Assembly: GCF_963921235.1 (NCBI RefSeq)
Contig: NC_086109.1
Span: forward strand, 13,518,001-13,582,000
Direction: 5' to 3'
Length of the DNA: 64,000 nt
From: Mobula hypostoma
Taxonomy: Eukaryota
This document shows, piece by piece, positions 38,548 to 49,987 of the stretch. The notes under the pieces were generated by a model that worked only from the letters and a program-made list of their open reading frames with translations, was not told the origin of the DNA and made no database searches. Both the position numbers and the translations under genes were made by a program. Each line of letters starts with the position of its first letter. Position 1 is the stretch's first letter.

Positions 38548-38931
38548 AGGTTGAAGGCTGTTTCTTTGATAAGAGCCCAGTGACAAGTAGTGTAACAAAG
38601 TGTCCGGTGTTGAGGCCCTTGTTACTTATATTTATATAAATAATTTGGCTGTGAATTTACAGAGCTTGATCAGTAAGCTTATGGATGACATAAAATTGGA
38701 AGGTGCTATTGATTATGAAGTTATTGTAGATTACGAGATCTTATTCAGTTAGGAAAGTGGTCTGAGGAGTGGCAGATGGAAATAAATGCAGATATGTGTG
38801 AGGTGATGTATAGTGGAAGGTGGAAGCAATGTAGGACTTATTCTATTAATGGGGCACTAGGGTATGTATTGGAACAGAGGGACCTGTGAATGCAAGTTCA
38901 TAGTTTGTTGAAAGCAGCATCACAGGTGGAT

Positions 38932-39187
38932 GTTTTTGTTGTGTGCCATACTCTGCCAGAGCCTTGGCGACCACTTTTTTTTTCAAGTGTTTTTCTTGGA
39001 GAAAAGATTCTGTGAGTGGTCCCCCACGTCCTTCTTACAGCGCAGTTTTTTTTTTTACGAGGCCGAGTTGCGAGCTCGACACTCAACCCGGCACGGATGG
39101 AAAGCGTGCCGGGGAGCGGCCTGGCTGGGTTCGAACTCAGGAACCTTCGCTCCGGAGTCCGGCGCTGATGTCACTGCGCCACCAGCC
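38932..39187 (-). mobile_element. Young CpG-rich tRNA-derived SINE (tRNA-Arg-like head)
   Basis: A box TGGCGCAGTG, B box GAGTTCGAACC, (CAAA)-type tail; 16-bp TSD AGCATCACAGGTGGAT / AGCCTCACAGGTGGAT. Confidence 0.8.
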
Positions 39188-40143
39188 AGCCTCACAGGTG
39201 GATAGGGTGGTGAAAAAGGTGCTTAGCATTGAGCCCTTCATCAAGGCATTGAGTATACAGTATGAGGTGAGACATTATGTTGCAGTTGTACAAGTCATTG
39301 GTGAGGCCACACTTGGAATACTACAGTACGCACAATTATGATCACCCTGTTATAGGAAAGAATTGGTTAAACTGGAAAGTGCAGAAAAGATTTTTGAGAA
39401 TGTTGCCTAGGCTTGAGGGCTTGAGTTATGTGGAGATATTGGCCATTCTAGGTCTTTAGTTCCCTGGAACACAGGAGAATGAGGAGCAACCTTACAGGAA
39501 TGTCTTAAATTATGAGAGACATAGGTAAGGTGGATGGTAATAGTCTTTTCATCAGGCTAGAGGAGTCTAAAACTAGGAGGGCATTGGTTTAGGATGAGCG
39601 GGGAAAGACACAGAGGATGGCGAGTATATGGAACAAGCTGCTAGAGAAAGTGGTTGAGGCCGATACAATAGTGTCATTTAAGAATCACTTGGATAGGTAC
39701 ATGGAAGGGCAGGACTTTGAGAGATATGATCTGAACACAGGAATTTGGGACAAGCCGGGTGCGCCCTGTGGTCAGCATGGACTCATTGGGCCGAAGGGCC
39801 TGAATATCAGCTCTATTGCTCCATGACTCTACGAAGTCAATGGGCAGTCATACTACAGCACCATTTAATGCTAGCAACCAAAGAAAAAATTCTGACTACT
39901 AGTACTTTTCCCACACAGCAGTAAGTTTGTAGATTAGATACCCAGTCATAGACATTTTGATGGTAGAGGAGCTTGATTTTTCTGTAATGGTTGACAGACT
40001 TACCTGGACAAGTTTGGTTTCCAACTCTTACACAATAATGGCAGTATGTCATGCGCAAGTCATCCCACTGGAATAATAATGAAAATCTAAAGAGAAAAAT
40101 GCATCATTATGAATATTAATGTCATCTAAATATTACCTTCCAG

Positions 40144-40199
40144 ACGCAGAGGAGGAGCTATCAGACATGGTCCTTTCAAAATTCTGCACTATATACTAG
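40144..40199 (+). CDS. Coding exon 7, cytoplasmic tail (TQRRSYQTWSFQNSALYT)
   Basis: Acceptor taccttccag, donor AG|GTAGGA, 56 nt, phase 0-2, compatible with both neighbouring exons. Confidence 0.75.
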
Positions 40200-41185
40200 G
40201 TAGGATTTTACTCTATTTTTCACTCTCATTTTCTCAAAATGCAGGCAGTCCCAGAGTCCCGGGGTTCAGTTCCTGAGAATTGTCCAAACCCCTATTTTCC
40301 CTCTGCCAATGAGGACTGATGGTCATGAATGTTTATTAATTAGAGACGGAGAAGCTGCAGATGCTGAATCTGAAGCAAAAAAAAATGGTGTATGAGCATA
40401 GTGGGTCAATCAGTAGCTGCAGAAGCAAGGGGAATACTTTTCTTGGCATGTATTAATAATTTATTTATCATCTTCCCTGATGTTTCAGTGTTGCTAAATC
40501 AGAATGCCCCATATCTTATGGTTAGAATGGTGGCATTAAAGTATCAGTGGATGCTGCATTGTTTGAAGTAGTATTTTACAAGTGTCAGCTGAAGAAATTT
40601 GCCTTGTCAGTTTCCAGAGCAAATCTGTTAAGTAGCCTCCCACTGTGAACTGGTAACTGTGTTCTTAATCTGTCTGATTACTGCAAGATTATTTGTAAAC
40701 AATTATGTTTTAAAGACTGATAGTCTTTTGAATGAAGTAACTGCTATGCCTGATCCAAAATTTCTGTAACTAACTTCCCTGTATTGGAAAATGCTTAAAA
40801 ATTTTTATGGGAGAATTTGCATAAAATCATTGATTACAGGCTCTCACTAATGCAATATTACAGTACTTTGAGCTACACCCCGGGTACAGTTTCAAACTAC
40901 ATAGTCATTGTAAACCAGAGTGCACTCGAGCCCCTGTGGCACCCACCACTCCCAAAAATCCCTCATTGTGTCTGTGGATAAATTGACATTCTTAACAGTA
41001 CTGGACAATTAGTTGCTAAGAGCCTGGTCATCTGCTCTTCCCATCTCTAACCCACTGGTGGGTATAGCTGCTAATGGACACACTGAACATAAAATGAAGA
41101 GTTCAGGATGTGTTATTGGTTGGAATTAGGCAGTGTTTCACCCTTCTCTTCAGACTGCCAATCTTTACTACTTTTCTCTTTACAG

Positions 41186-41222
41186 CAATAGCTGTGCAGA
41201 AGACACCTTTAACGATCTTTAA
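41186..41222 (+). CDS. Coding exon 8 (S-NSCAEDTFNDL*); exon continues non-coding to 41237
   Basis: Acceptor cttttctctttacag, phase 2 in, TAA at 41220-41222, donor TG|GTAAGT at 41238. Confidence 0.75.
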
Positions 41223-41625
41223 AGGAGTAGAAGAGTGGTAAGTGTTTAAAAAGTTTTACGCACGTGGATCTGAAAATCACTGCAGCTGATTGGAAATGCA
41301 ATTCACCCCACTAAAGTCGTTGAACTGATGATATCAGTAACTGTACAGGAAGTCATACTTGAGAATGGTTTCAAATGTCACATTACACTGAGGTCCCATC
41401 TGCCCACGGGTAAAATATCCCAAACTTCTGCTTTACAGAACAGATACCTGGTATCCAGGCCAGTATTTATACCTCGGACTGCACCTTAGTATTATCATGT
41501 TGCAGTTAGTAAGACCTGTGTGGACAAATTCCTTGTCATGTATCTGACATGGCAAGAAGAATTACCGTGAGAAAAAACTACCCACGATGTCTGTGCTAAC
41601 CACGGAGCCAAAATAAAGCACAGTT

Positions 41626-42035
41626 AAACACAAGAGATTCTGCAAATGCTGGAAACAATGAGCGAAACATTCACAGTGGCTGGAGGAACTCTGTAGGTCA
41701 GGCAGTCGATTTTTCGGGCCACGGCCCTTCAGCAGGACTGGGTAGGAAGGGGACTGAAGTGAAATAAGAGGGTGGCAGGGAGAGGAAGGAGTACAGTTTG
41801 GCAGGTGATGGGTCAAGTCAGGTGAGGTGAAAGTGGAAGTAGGAAGCTGGGAGAGGATTAGTGGAAGGGGTAAAGAGCTGAAGAAGAAGCAAACTAATAG
41901 GAGAGGGCAGAGGACCGTGGAGCACCAGAGGGAGTTGAGGAAAAGAGAAAGGGAGCCGGAATAGGGAATGTAGAAAGAGAGGAGTAGGGGGTAGGAGAAA
42001 TTACTGTAACTTAGAGAAATTATGTTCATCTGGAA
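41626..42035 (-). mobile_element. Degraded Penelope 3' end
   Basis: TCTGCAAATGCTGGAA...CCTTCAGCAGGACTG followed by a purine-rich tract, as in 42803-43240. Confidence 0.7.
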
Positions 42036-42902
42036 ATTAGAAAAATTAATGTTCAAAACTAAACCTAACTGACTGCACATGATCTTCATTCCCTGCATAT
42101 TCTAGTGGCCTACTGAATGCCTTAAAGGCTACACTATCATATCTGCTTCCACCATCACATCTTGCAGTCATTCCAGACATCCAACTCTTTCCATGCAAAA
42201 AAAAAATTTCCTGTGTATTTCCTCCAACTTACCTTAATGGTCTGTGCTCCAGCATTTGACATTTCCACCCTTTGAAAAAGACTCTGACTATCTACCCTGT
42301 CATTACCCAGGAGGTCCACGATATCCAATATCCATGAGGACTCCCCTGAAATCTTCAACGCAACAGAGAAAATGGTCCAAAATTGTCAAACCACTCCTTA
42401 TAGTGAATACTCTAGGCAAGCAGTAACACACACAACACTGGAGGATCTCAGCAGGTCAGGCAGTCTCTTTAGATATGAAACATCGACTGTTTATTCATTT
42501 CCATAGATGCTGCCTGACCAGCCGTGCTCCTCCAGTATTTTGTGTGCGCTGCTAAAGATTTCCAGCATCCGCAGAATCTCTGGTGTTTAAAATCAGTTTT
42601 GAACGTTAGCCTCTGCCCATCCATCCACCATCCAATCAGTGAATTCTATTGCTGGACACCATAGAATGCAGAGAATTTGATGTGCATTTCTGTGGAAGCG
42701 TGGCGGTTAGCATGGCACTATTACAGCTCGAGGGTACCAGAGTTCAGAGTTCAATTCTGGGACTGTTCTGTAAGGAGTCTCTGTACGTCCTCCCTGTGGA
42801 ACACAGACACGAGGAAATCTGCAGATGCTGGAAATTCAAGCAACACACATAAAAAGTGCTGGTGAACGCAGCAGGCCAGGCAGCATTTCTAGGAAGAGGT
42901 AC

Positions 42903-42938
42903 AGTCGACGTTTCGGGCTGAGACCCTTCATCAGGACT
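42903..42938 (-). ncRNA. Minimal type I hammerhead ribozyme motif, intact core
   Basis: AGUC-CUGAUGA-A-GGGUCUCAGCCC-GAAAC-GUC-GACU: stem I AGUC/GACU, stem II GGGU/GCCC, palindromic ACGU stem III. Activity is not shown. Confidence 0.8.
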
Positions 42939-43763
42939 AACTGAAAGAAGAGATAGTAAGAGATTTGAAAGTGGGAGATCCGAAGTGATAGGAGAAGACA
43001 GGAGGGGGGGGGGATGGAGCTAAGAGCTGGAAAGTTGATTGGCAAAAGGGATATGAGGCTGGAGAAGGGAGAGGATCATGGGACGGGAGGCCTGGGGAGA
43101 ACGAAAGGGGGAGCCCAGAGGATGGGCAAGGAGTTATAGTGAGAAGGATAGATGGAGAAAAAGGAGAGAGAGAAAATAATAAGTAAATAAATTGATAGAT
43201 AGATAGATAAGGGATGGGGTACGAAGGTGAGGTGGGGCATTAACGGAAGTTAGAGAAGTCAATGTTTATGCCATCAGGTTGGAGGCTACCCAGACAGAAT
43301 ATAAGGTGTTGTTCCTCCAACCTGAGTGGGGCTTCATCTTGACAGTAGAGGAGGCCTTGGATAGACATATCAGAATGGGACTGGGATGTGGAATTAGAAT
43401 GTGTGGCCACTGGGAGATCCTGCTTTCTCTGGCAGACAGAGCGTAAGTGTTCAGCGAAACAGTCTCCCAGCCTGCGTCGGGTCTCGCCAATATATAGAAG
43501 GCAGCATCGGGAGCGCCGGACGCAGTATATCACCCCAGCCGACTCACAGATGAAGTATCGCCTCACCTGGAAGGACTGTCTGGGGCCTCTCCCCCATTCT
43601 TTCTCCCGTCCCATGATCCTCTCGCTTTTCCAGCCTCGTATCACTTTTGCCAATTAACTTTCCAGCTCTTGGCTCCATCCCTCCCCCTCCTGTCTTCTCC
43701 TATCATTTCAGATCTCCCCCTCCCCCTCCCACTTTCAAATCTCTTACTATCTCTTCTTTCAGT

Positions 43764-43801
43764 CAGTCCTGACGAAGGGTCTCGGCCCGAAACATCGACT
43801 G
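43764..43801 (+). ncRNA. Minimal hammerhead ribozyme motif, stem III CpG-decayed
   Basis: CAGUC-CUGACGA-A-GGGUCUCGGCCC-GAAAC-AUC-GACUG. Confidence 0.7.
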
Positions 43802-44239
43802 CACCTCTTCCTAGAGATGCCGCCTGGCCTGCTGCATTCCACCAGCATTTTTTACGTGTGTTCCCCGTGGAACGTGCGTGTTTTTTCCGGTTTCTTTCCA
43901 CAATCCAAAGGTGTACTAGGTAGGTTAATTGGTCACTGTAAAATGTCCCATGATTAGGTCAGAGTGAATCAGGCTTGTTGGAGGCTGCCAGGGCAGTGTA
44001 CTCAACGGGCTGGAAAGGGCCTACTCTGTGATGTAGATAGATAGAAAGAAAAAAGGTCAAAGGCTTTCAAGAATAACATGTAAAAATAGAAGTTCTTGGT
44101 GAATTGATATCATTCCGTAAAGCCTAAAAAATATCTATAGTCTGCTGGTTGAGAGCATTAGAAAGGTTTTAATCTGAAGTGCTTCTAAATGAGTCTAGCA
44201 TCTGCCTGCTTACACAGAATAGATCACTAAAAGACAATC

Positions 44240-44447
44240 ACAAACAAAAGAAAATCTGCAGATGCTGGAAATCAAAGTAATATACACAAAATGCCAGAGG
44301 AACTCAGCAGGCCAGGCAGCATCTGTGGAAAAGAGCAAACAGTCAACGTTTCGGGCCGAGACCCTTCATCATGATTGCAGTCCGAAACGTCGACTATTTA
44401 CTCTTTTCCATAGGTGCTCCCTGGCTTGTTGAGTTCCTCCAGCATTT
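44240..44447 (-). mobile_element. Older Penelope fold-back insertion
   Basis: Inverted arms meeting at about 44370-44380, at the hammerhead core. Confidence 0.75.
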
Positions 44448-44961
44448 GACAACACAAGCTCAGTCCGCATTGTCCTGCTCCCCACAAATATCCTGGGACC
44501 CAAATGAACTCATCAGCTACAAACTTGGAAGCTTGGCCCTAATTCTGTGTGCATCACACAATTTATATTATTGACTGCGTTTTCTGGCATGCTTCCAGAA
44601 TTGAGTTCCATTGAAGCAGCTACCACAGAGTCATGCAAGACCACAAGCATAGTTCTATTCCTTCGTGTTTTATCGTTTATTCCTTCATGTTGGTTTCTGC
44701 AGACCTATTTATGTGGGTGGATCAGCTCTATTGGCTTTCATAACCATGGAGACCTTTATGCATTACAATTCATAAACAGGCAGGAACACTGCACAAGCTT
44801 GCTCTGCTATTCAACTAAAATCACAGTTAATCTGAATATCGGCTGCATTTAATCACCTAATAAAGTAGAAATCAGAAAGCAGCAGCTAAAATAAATGGTC
44901 ATTAATTCCCTGCGAACTTTCTATTCCCTATCTGAGCTAACATGTAGCCTTTCTATTGCAG

Positions 44962-45390
44962 GTTTGATGGAATTCGGGAGGTTTTGGCTTCTGTGAAGCA
45001 GACTGTGTTTGCTTTCTTACCATTTTATTGATGGACCTGGATCATGTCATGAACTTTCCCAGCGAAACTAGTTGCCCGAGCTCCCTGTGAGTTTTTGGCT
45101 CCAGACTACAGCTCGCCACGTTTCTACCCAAACTGATGTGAAGCCAAATAACGAATGCGGGACTCCTGCCACATACAAAAGGCACTTCTTTATTATTCAA
45201 TATCCGTAACTGGGAAGCATGAAGCGGTCTTTTCTTTGTACTAGGTAACCTGGCCTGAATCTTTGTACCCTTCGCCTATTGTTCTGGGCTAAAGGAACAG
45301 AAAGTGTCTACTGTTGAAAGTAGCTGGAACAACAGGATTGTGTTTGTAAAAGGGTGGACACTGGATAAGAAATTATTTTTATATTAAAAA
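44962..45390 (+). other. Probable non-coding terminal exon (3'UTR) of the cytokine gene
   Basis: Acceptor cctttctattgcag at 44961 followed by repeat-free sequence; ATTAAA at 45383-45388. The true 3' end is not established. Confidence 0.5.
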
Positions 45391-45819
45391 ATAGGTGTTG
45401 TATATAAAATAGATAGTAACTGATATTACTGATTCTACATACCAGAGCTGCCTTAGAGATAATAATCTCACTTTACTAAGTCAGTAGTTAATGAGTAAGC
45501 CTTGGTAATGTATTGCCTTTGAGCTCTCTCAAAGTAATCTCACTGTCATTTCACTAGTTCTCCATCACCTGCTCATTACCAACTAACAGGATACCCAATT
45601 TCCCAGTACACTAGTACCGATTCAGGTAAAGCAAGCAGTTCAAACGCCTGGCAGAGTGTAATCGCTTATTGCTAATGGAATGAAATGCAGGAGGTTATGC
45701 CTCAGTCATACAGAGTACTAATGAGACCACACCTAGAGTAGTATGTAGTTTTGGTTTGCATATTTAAGGAAGGATGCTAATGCTTTCAAAGCAGTCCAGG
45801 AAGGGTTTACTGGACTAAA

Positions 45820-46600
45820 TTAATGCACTTTGGTAGAAGGAATAAAGGCATAGACAATTTTCTGAATGGGGAGTGAATTCAGAGACTGGATTTGCTAAGG
45901 GACCTGGGAGTCCTAGTACAGAATTCCCCAAAGGTTAACTCATGGATTGAGTCTGTAGTAAGGAAGACAAATGCAATGTTAGAATTCATTTCAAGTGAAC
46001 TGGAATATAAAAGCAAGAATGTAATATTGAGGCTTCATAAGGCATTGGTCAGACCACACTTGAAGGTATTGTGAGCAGTTTTGGGCCTCTTATGTAAGAG
46101 AGCTGATGTGCTGACATTGGCAAGGTAACAGCGGAGTTTCACGAGAATGAACCCAGGAAAGATAGGGTTAACACATGAAGAGCAATTGATGGCTCTGGGC
46201 CTGTACTCATTGGAGTTTAGAAGAATGAAAGGAGATGTCATTTAAACCTATCGAATATCGAAAGGCCTAGATAGAGTGAACAATGAAGAGGATGTTTCCT
46301 ATAGAAGTCAAGGACCAGGGGGTACAGCCTCAGAATACAAGTACATTCCTTTAAAAACAGAAATGAGGAGAAATTTCTTTAACCAGAGGGTAGTGAATCC
46401 ATGGAATTCATTTTCACAGACAGCTGTGGAGACCAAGCTATTGGGTCTGTTTATAGGTTCTTGATTAGTAAGGGTGTCAAAAGTTAAAGGGAGAAGGAAG
46501 AAAAATGGGACTGAGGGGGATAATAAATCTGCCATGATAGAATAGCGGAGCAAACTCGATGGGCCAAACGGCCTAATTCTACTTCTACATTTTATATTCT
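45820..46600 (+). mobile_element. CR1 3' fragment
   Basis: RDLGVLVQ...LHKALVRPHL and RRNFFNQRVVNPWNS. Confidence 0.85.
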
Positions 46601-47698
46601 TCCGGTGAACTGTGAAATGGGCAGGTTGTCTCGTAAGGAAAGGCTGGGCTCATATCCACTGGAGTTTGATAGAGTGAAACACAAGGCAGATGGTGGACGT
46701 GGAACTCCTGATGGCAGTTGATGGTACCTGATGTACTCCAGTAGGCACATACAGGGTAGGCAGTCAGAATCTTTTTTCCCAGGGTAGAAATGTCAAGTAC
46801 TGGAGGACATTGGATTCAGGATGAGAGAGGGAGAGCTTTACGGAGATGTGCGGGGCATGTTTATGTACACAGAGAGCAACAGAGCCTGAAACTGGCTTCA
46901 AAAGGGTAGTGGTGGAAGCAGATGAAATATTAGCATTTAAGAGGCTTTTAGATATACCAACGATTATGCAGGAAATGGAAGGATATGGACAGCATACAGG
47001 CAGAAGAGGAGTAGCTTAATTCAGCTTAACACACAAAAAATGCTGTAGGAACGCAGCAGGTCAGTCAGCATCCATGGAGAGGAATAAACAGCTGATGTTC
47101 TAGACTGAGACTCTTCAACAAGTGATTGGTGCAGGCATCATGTTCCTTTGAACAATTTATGCCCCAGACACCTGTCCAACCCTGGATGTCTCAGCAGCAG
47201 AGGATAGGGGTGACAGTGAACTATGTCATTTGGCAGAGCGGAAATCTGTAAGCATCCTTCTAGAAATAAAAGATCACTCCTAAAATATTCCTGAAGATCT
47301 GAGACAAACCAGTTCTTGGCCATTTTCTTTGGAACTTCTATGGAATTTTGAGGTGTTTTAGTTTCCTAAGGTGTAAAGTAAATAAACAATTTAACAACTA
47401 TAGAATAGATCACTATTATAATACTTTCATAGTGCTTACATTCTGGAAAAAAGCCATGTTAAAGTGCTTCCTTACCATGTTCTTTTGCTGAACATTGGAA
47501 GGCCGATGTTCCAGTGTTATATTGGAAATTACAACAGGATGATGTGCCAGTGTAAAGAGTTGGCAGAAGCTGGATTCTGAATTATGGGTTCCTTTGTCTG
47601 AAAATTAAACAGTATGTACAGCACACCGCCAATTTCTTGTAAATATTCATTATTTAGTGCTATATTTTAACCATTGAATTTTTTTTCATTCCATCGCA

Positions 47699-48795
47699 AT
47701 GTTTTTTTTCATCAATGATGTCACCAATGATGCCCTCACCCGCATCTCTTCCATTTCCCGCTCTTCGGCCCTCACCCCATCCTCCCACCACCACAACAGG
47801 GACAGAGTTCCCCTTGTCCTAACCTACCACCCCACCAGCCTCCAGATCCAGCACATTATCCTCCGCAACTTCCGCCACCTTCAACAGGACCCCACCACTA
47901 AGCACATCTTTCCCTCTCCATCCCTCTCCGCTTTCCACAGGGATCGGTCCCTCCGCGATTCCCTGATCCACACGTCCCTCCCCACGGATCTCCCACCCGG
48001 CACTTATCCCTGTAAGCGCAAGTGCTACACCTGTCCCTACACCTCCTCTCTTGCCACCATTCAGGGTCCCAAACAGTCCATCCAGGTGAGGCAACACTTC
48101 ACTTGTGAGTCTGTTGGGGTCATCTATTGCATCCAGTGCTCCCAGTGCGGCCTCCTCTACATCGGTGAAACCCGACGCAGATTGGGGGACCACTTCATCA
48201 AGCACCTCCACTCCATCCGCCACAACAGACAGGATCTCCCAGTAGCCAGCCACTTCAACTCTGCTTCACATTCCCATTCAGATATGTCCACACATGGCCT
48301 CCTCTACTGCCATGATGAGGCTAAACTCAGGTTGCAGGAGGAACACCTCATATACCGTCTAGGTAGTCTCCAGCCCCTTGGTATGAACATTGAATTCTCC
48401 AACTTCCGGTAATTCCCTCCCCCTCCTTTCCCCTATCCCTATTTCACTCTGCCCCCTCCCCCAGCTGCCTCATGGTTCCGCCTCCTTCTACTACCCATTG
48501 TGTTTTCCCCTATTCTTTCTTCACCTTTCCTGCCTATCACCTCCCTGCCTCCCCTCCCCCACCCCTTTATCTTTCCTCTTACTGGTTTTTCACCTGGAAC
48601 CTACCAGCCTTCTCCTTCCCACCCTCCCCCCACCTTCTTTATAGGGCCTCTGCCCCTTCCCTCTACACTCCTGACGAAGGGTTCCAGCCCGAAATGTTGA
48701 CTGATCGTTTCCACAGATGCTGCCCGAACTGCTGAGTTCCTCCAGGGTGTTGTGAGTGTTGCTTTGACCCCAGCATCTGCAGAGTATTTTGTGTT
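47699..48795 (+). mobile_element. 5'-truncated Penelope-like element (linker, GIY-YIG endonuclease, 3' repeat)
   Basis: ORF 47699..48412 with PLVLTYHP, CKRKCYTC and GVIYCIQC...YIGETRRRLGDH; degenerate hammerhead at about 48666-48703; tail ends GTGTT. Confidence 0.92.
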
Positions 48796-49987
48796 GTTTT
48801 TTTCCCAAGATCTCTATTATCTGACACTCCAGCTGCTGCTGACAAATCTCTTCCATAACTCTATGAAAGCAGCCTTTGCCATCCTTCCCTCAACCACGTA
48901 CATGTACTCTCTCACACAAATTTTGTCGTTAACTACCAACACACCCAGGGGTGTGCTGGGGGCAGCCCTCAAGTATCAACAGACATTCTGGCACCAACAT
49001 GGCCACCGTGTTCAGCAGAACAATACTCAAGAAATCAGAACATACCAAGCAACAATCATAATAAAACAAGGCCCGTTCCTTCCACCCACCCACGCACCCA
49101 AACTCAAACAGGGTCCTGTAAGCCAAGGGCAGGCCATCTTCTTCAGCCGCCAGCAGACACTGCGCCTTCAGCTTCCCCAGTGGATTATCAGAGATTCGCA
49201 GCTTCACGGCTCCGCCCAACGAGCCTCACCTTCTGGACTTTCGATCGATGTTCGGGCTTCAATCTGGACTTCTGGTCAACCTTCGGGTTTTGGTATTGAC
49301 CCAGGACTCACCAGCAACACTAAATGAGGACCCAGACTTCAGTCAATAAACCAGCTATGATCAAATAGCAGAATAGATGGGCTAGATGGCCTAATTTTGC
49401 TCCTACACATTACGGTCATGTGATGAAACCTTCCCTCCCAATTTTTAACCATGTCCCAACCCATTATGACCTAGAAATATATTGCCCTTCCTTCCTTCAT
49501 TGTAATTCTGGGAATTCCCCACCCAAAGGCATGGAGGAACTTCACTGCAAACGCGACAACTGTACTCGATGATGACCAACTTCTCGTGGACAAGGATGGG
49601 TGGATATAATTGTCAGCAGAGTATGTGTGCCAAAAAGAGAATAAAATGGGCTTTACCCATTCCCTGTAACTTTCTTTTCCAGTTTTTAGAAGATAACAGC
49701 AAGTGAGTTGGGATGTTGCCAAAGGGGATATGGGAAGTCGTTACAGCTGCCTCCTGGATGATGGAGCGTAGTGCGTCCACGTGCGAGGTGAAAGTGCAGA
49801 TAATACTTGCACTGTAGTGCGTTTCCCTATATACACATTGGACAACAAATTTTTTGAAAGTATTGCTTCCTCAGAATTTTTTTCCTTATGAGAGACTGCT
49901 TGAAGCTGAACACATATCATTTCAGACTACTTATATCAGGTAGGCACTTGTAGAAATGAATGAAATTTTATTGAATATAATGTGTTT

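Larger units (their letters stand above)
38240..39830 (+). mobile_element. Old CR1 RT fragment hosting Penelope and SINE insertions
   Basis: YLDFRKAL and LQLYKSLVRPHLEY motifs, with frameshifts. Confidence 0.8.
42803..43861 (-). mobile_element. Penelope-like element: GIY-YIG endonuclease end plus 3' repeat, with inverted partial repeat (about 43583-43861)
   Basis: GVIYCVRRSRCCLLYIGETRRRLGDCFAEH...GSLQPDGINIDFSNFR in ORF 43240..43653; inverted arms; 12-bp TSD. Confidence 0.92.
42690..44035 (+). mobile_element. V-SINE interrupted by an inverted Penelope insertion
   Basis: tRNA-like head (GAGTTCAATTC); V-domain resumes at 43862; TSD TCCCTGTGGAAC / TCCCCGTGGAAC. Confidence 0.7.
7240..45390 (+). 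other. Gene span: KITLG/CSF1/FLT3LG-family membrane-anchored cytokine, 8 coding exons plus a probable non-coding last exon, 380 aa
   Basis: Eight GT-AG exons join in frame (30+120+66+150+157+527+56+37 = 1143 nt) into signal peptide + helical Cys-containing domain + S/T stalk + TM + tail. Exon sizes and phases parallel CSF1/KITLG as I recall them. The 3' end is approximate. Confidence 0.85.

Noticed and set aside
39118..39187. Functional tRNA gene
   Set aside because: Cloverleaf stems are imperfect, and it is the head of a TSD-flanked SINE.
7240..41222. Assigning a symbol (KITLG, CSF1 or FLT3LG)
   Set aside because: Features conflict between the three genes and no syntenic neighbour is in the window.
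48752..49327. 191-aa ORF as a gene
   Set aside because: It starts inside a Penelope tail, continues through SINE-like degenerate sequence and has no recognisable domain.
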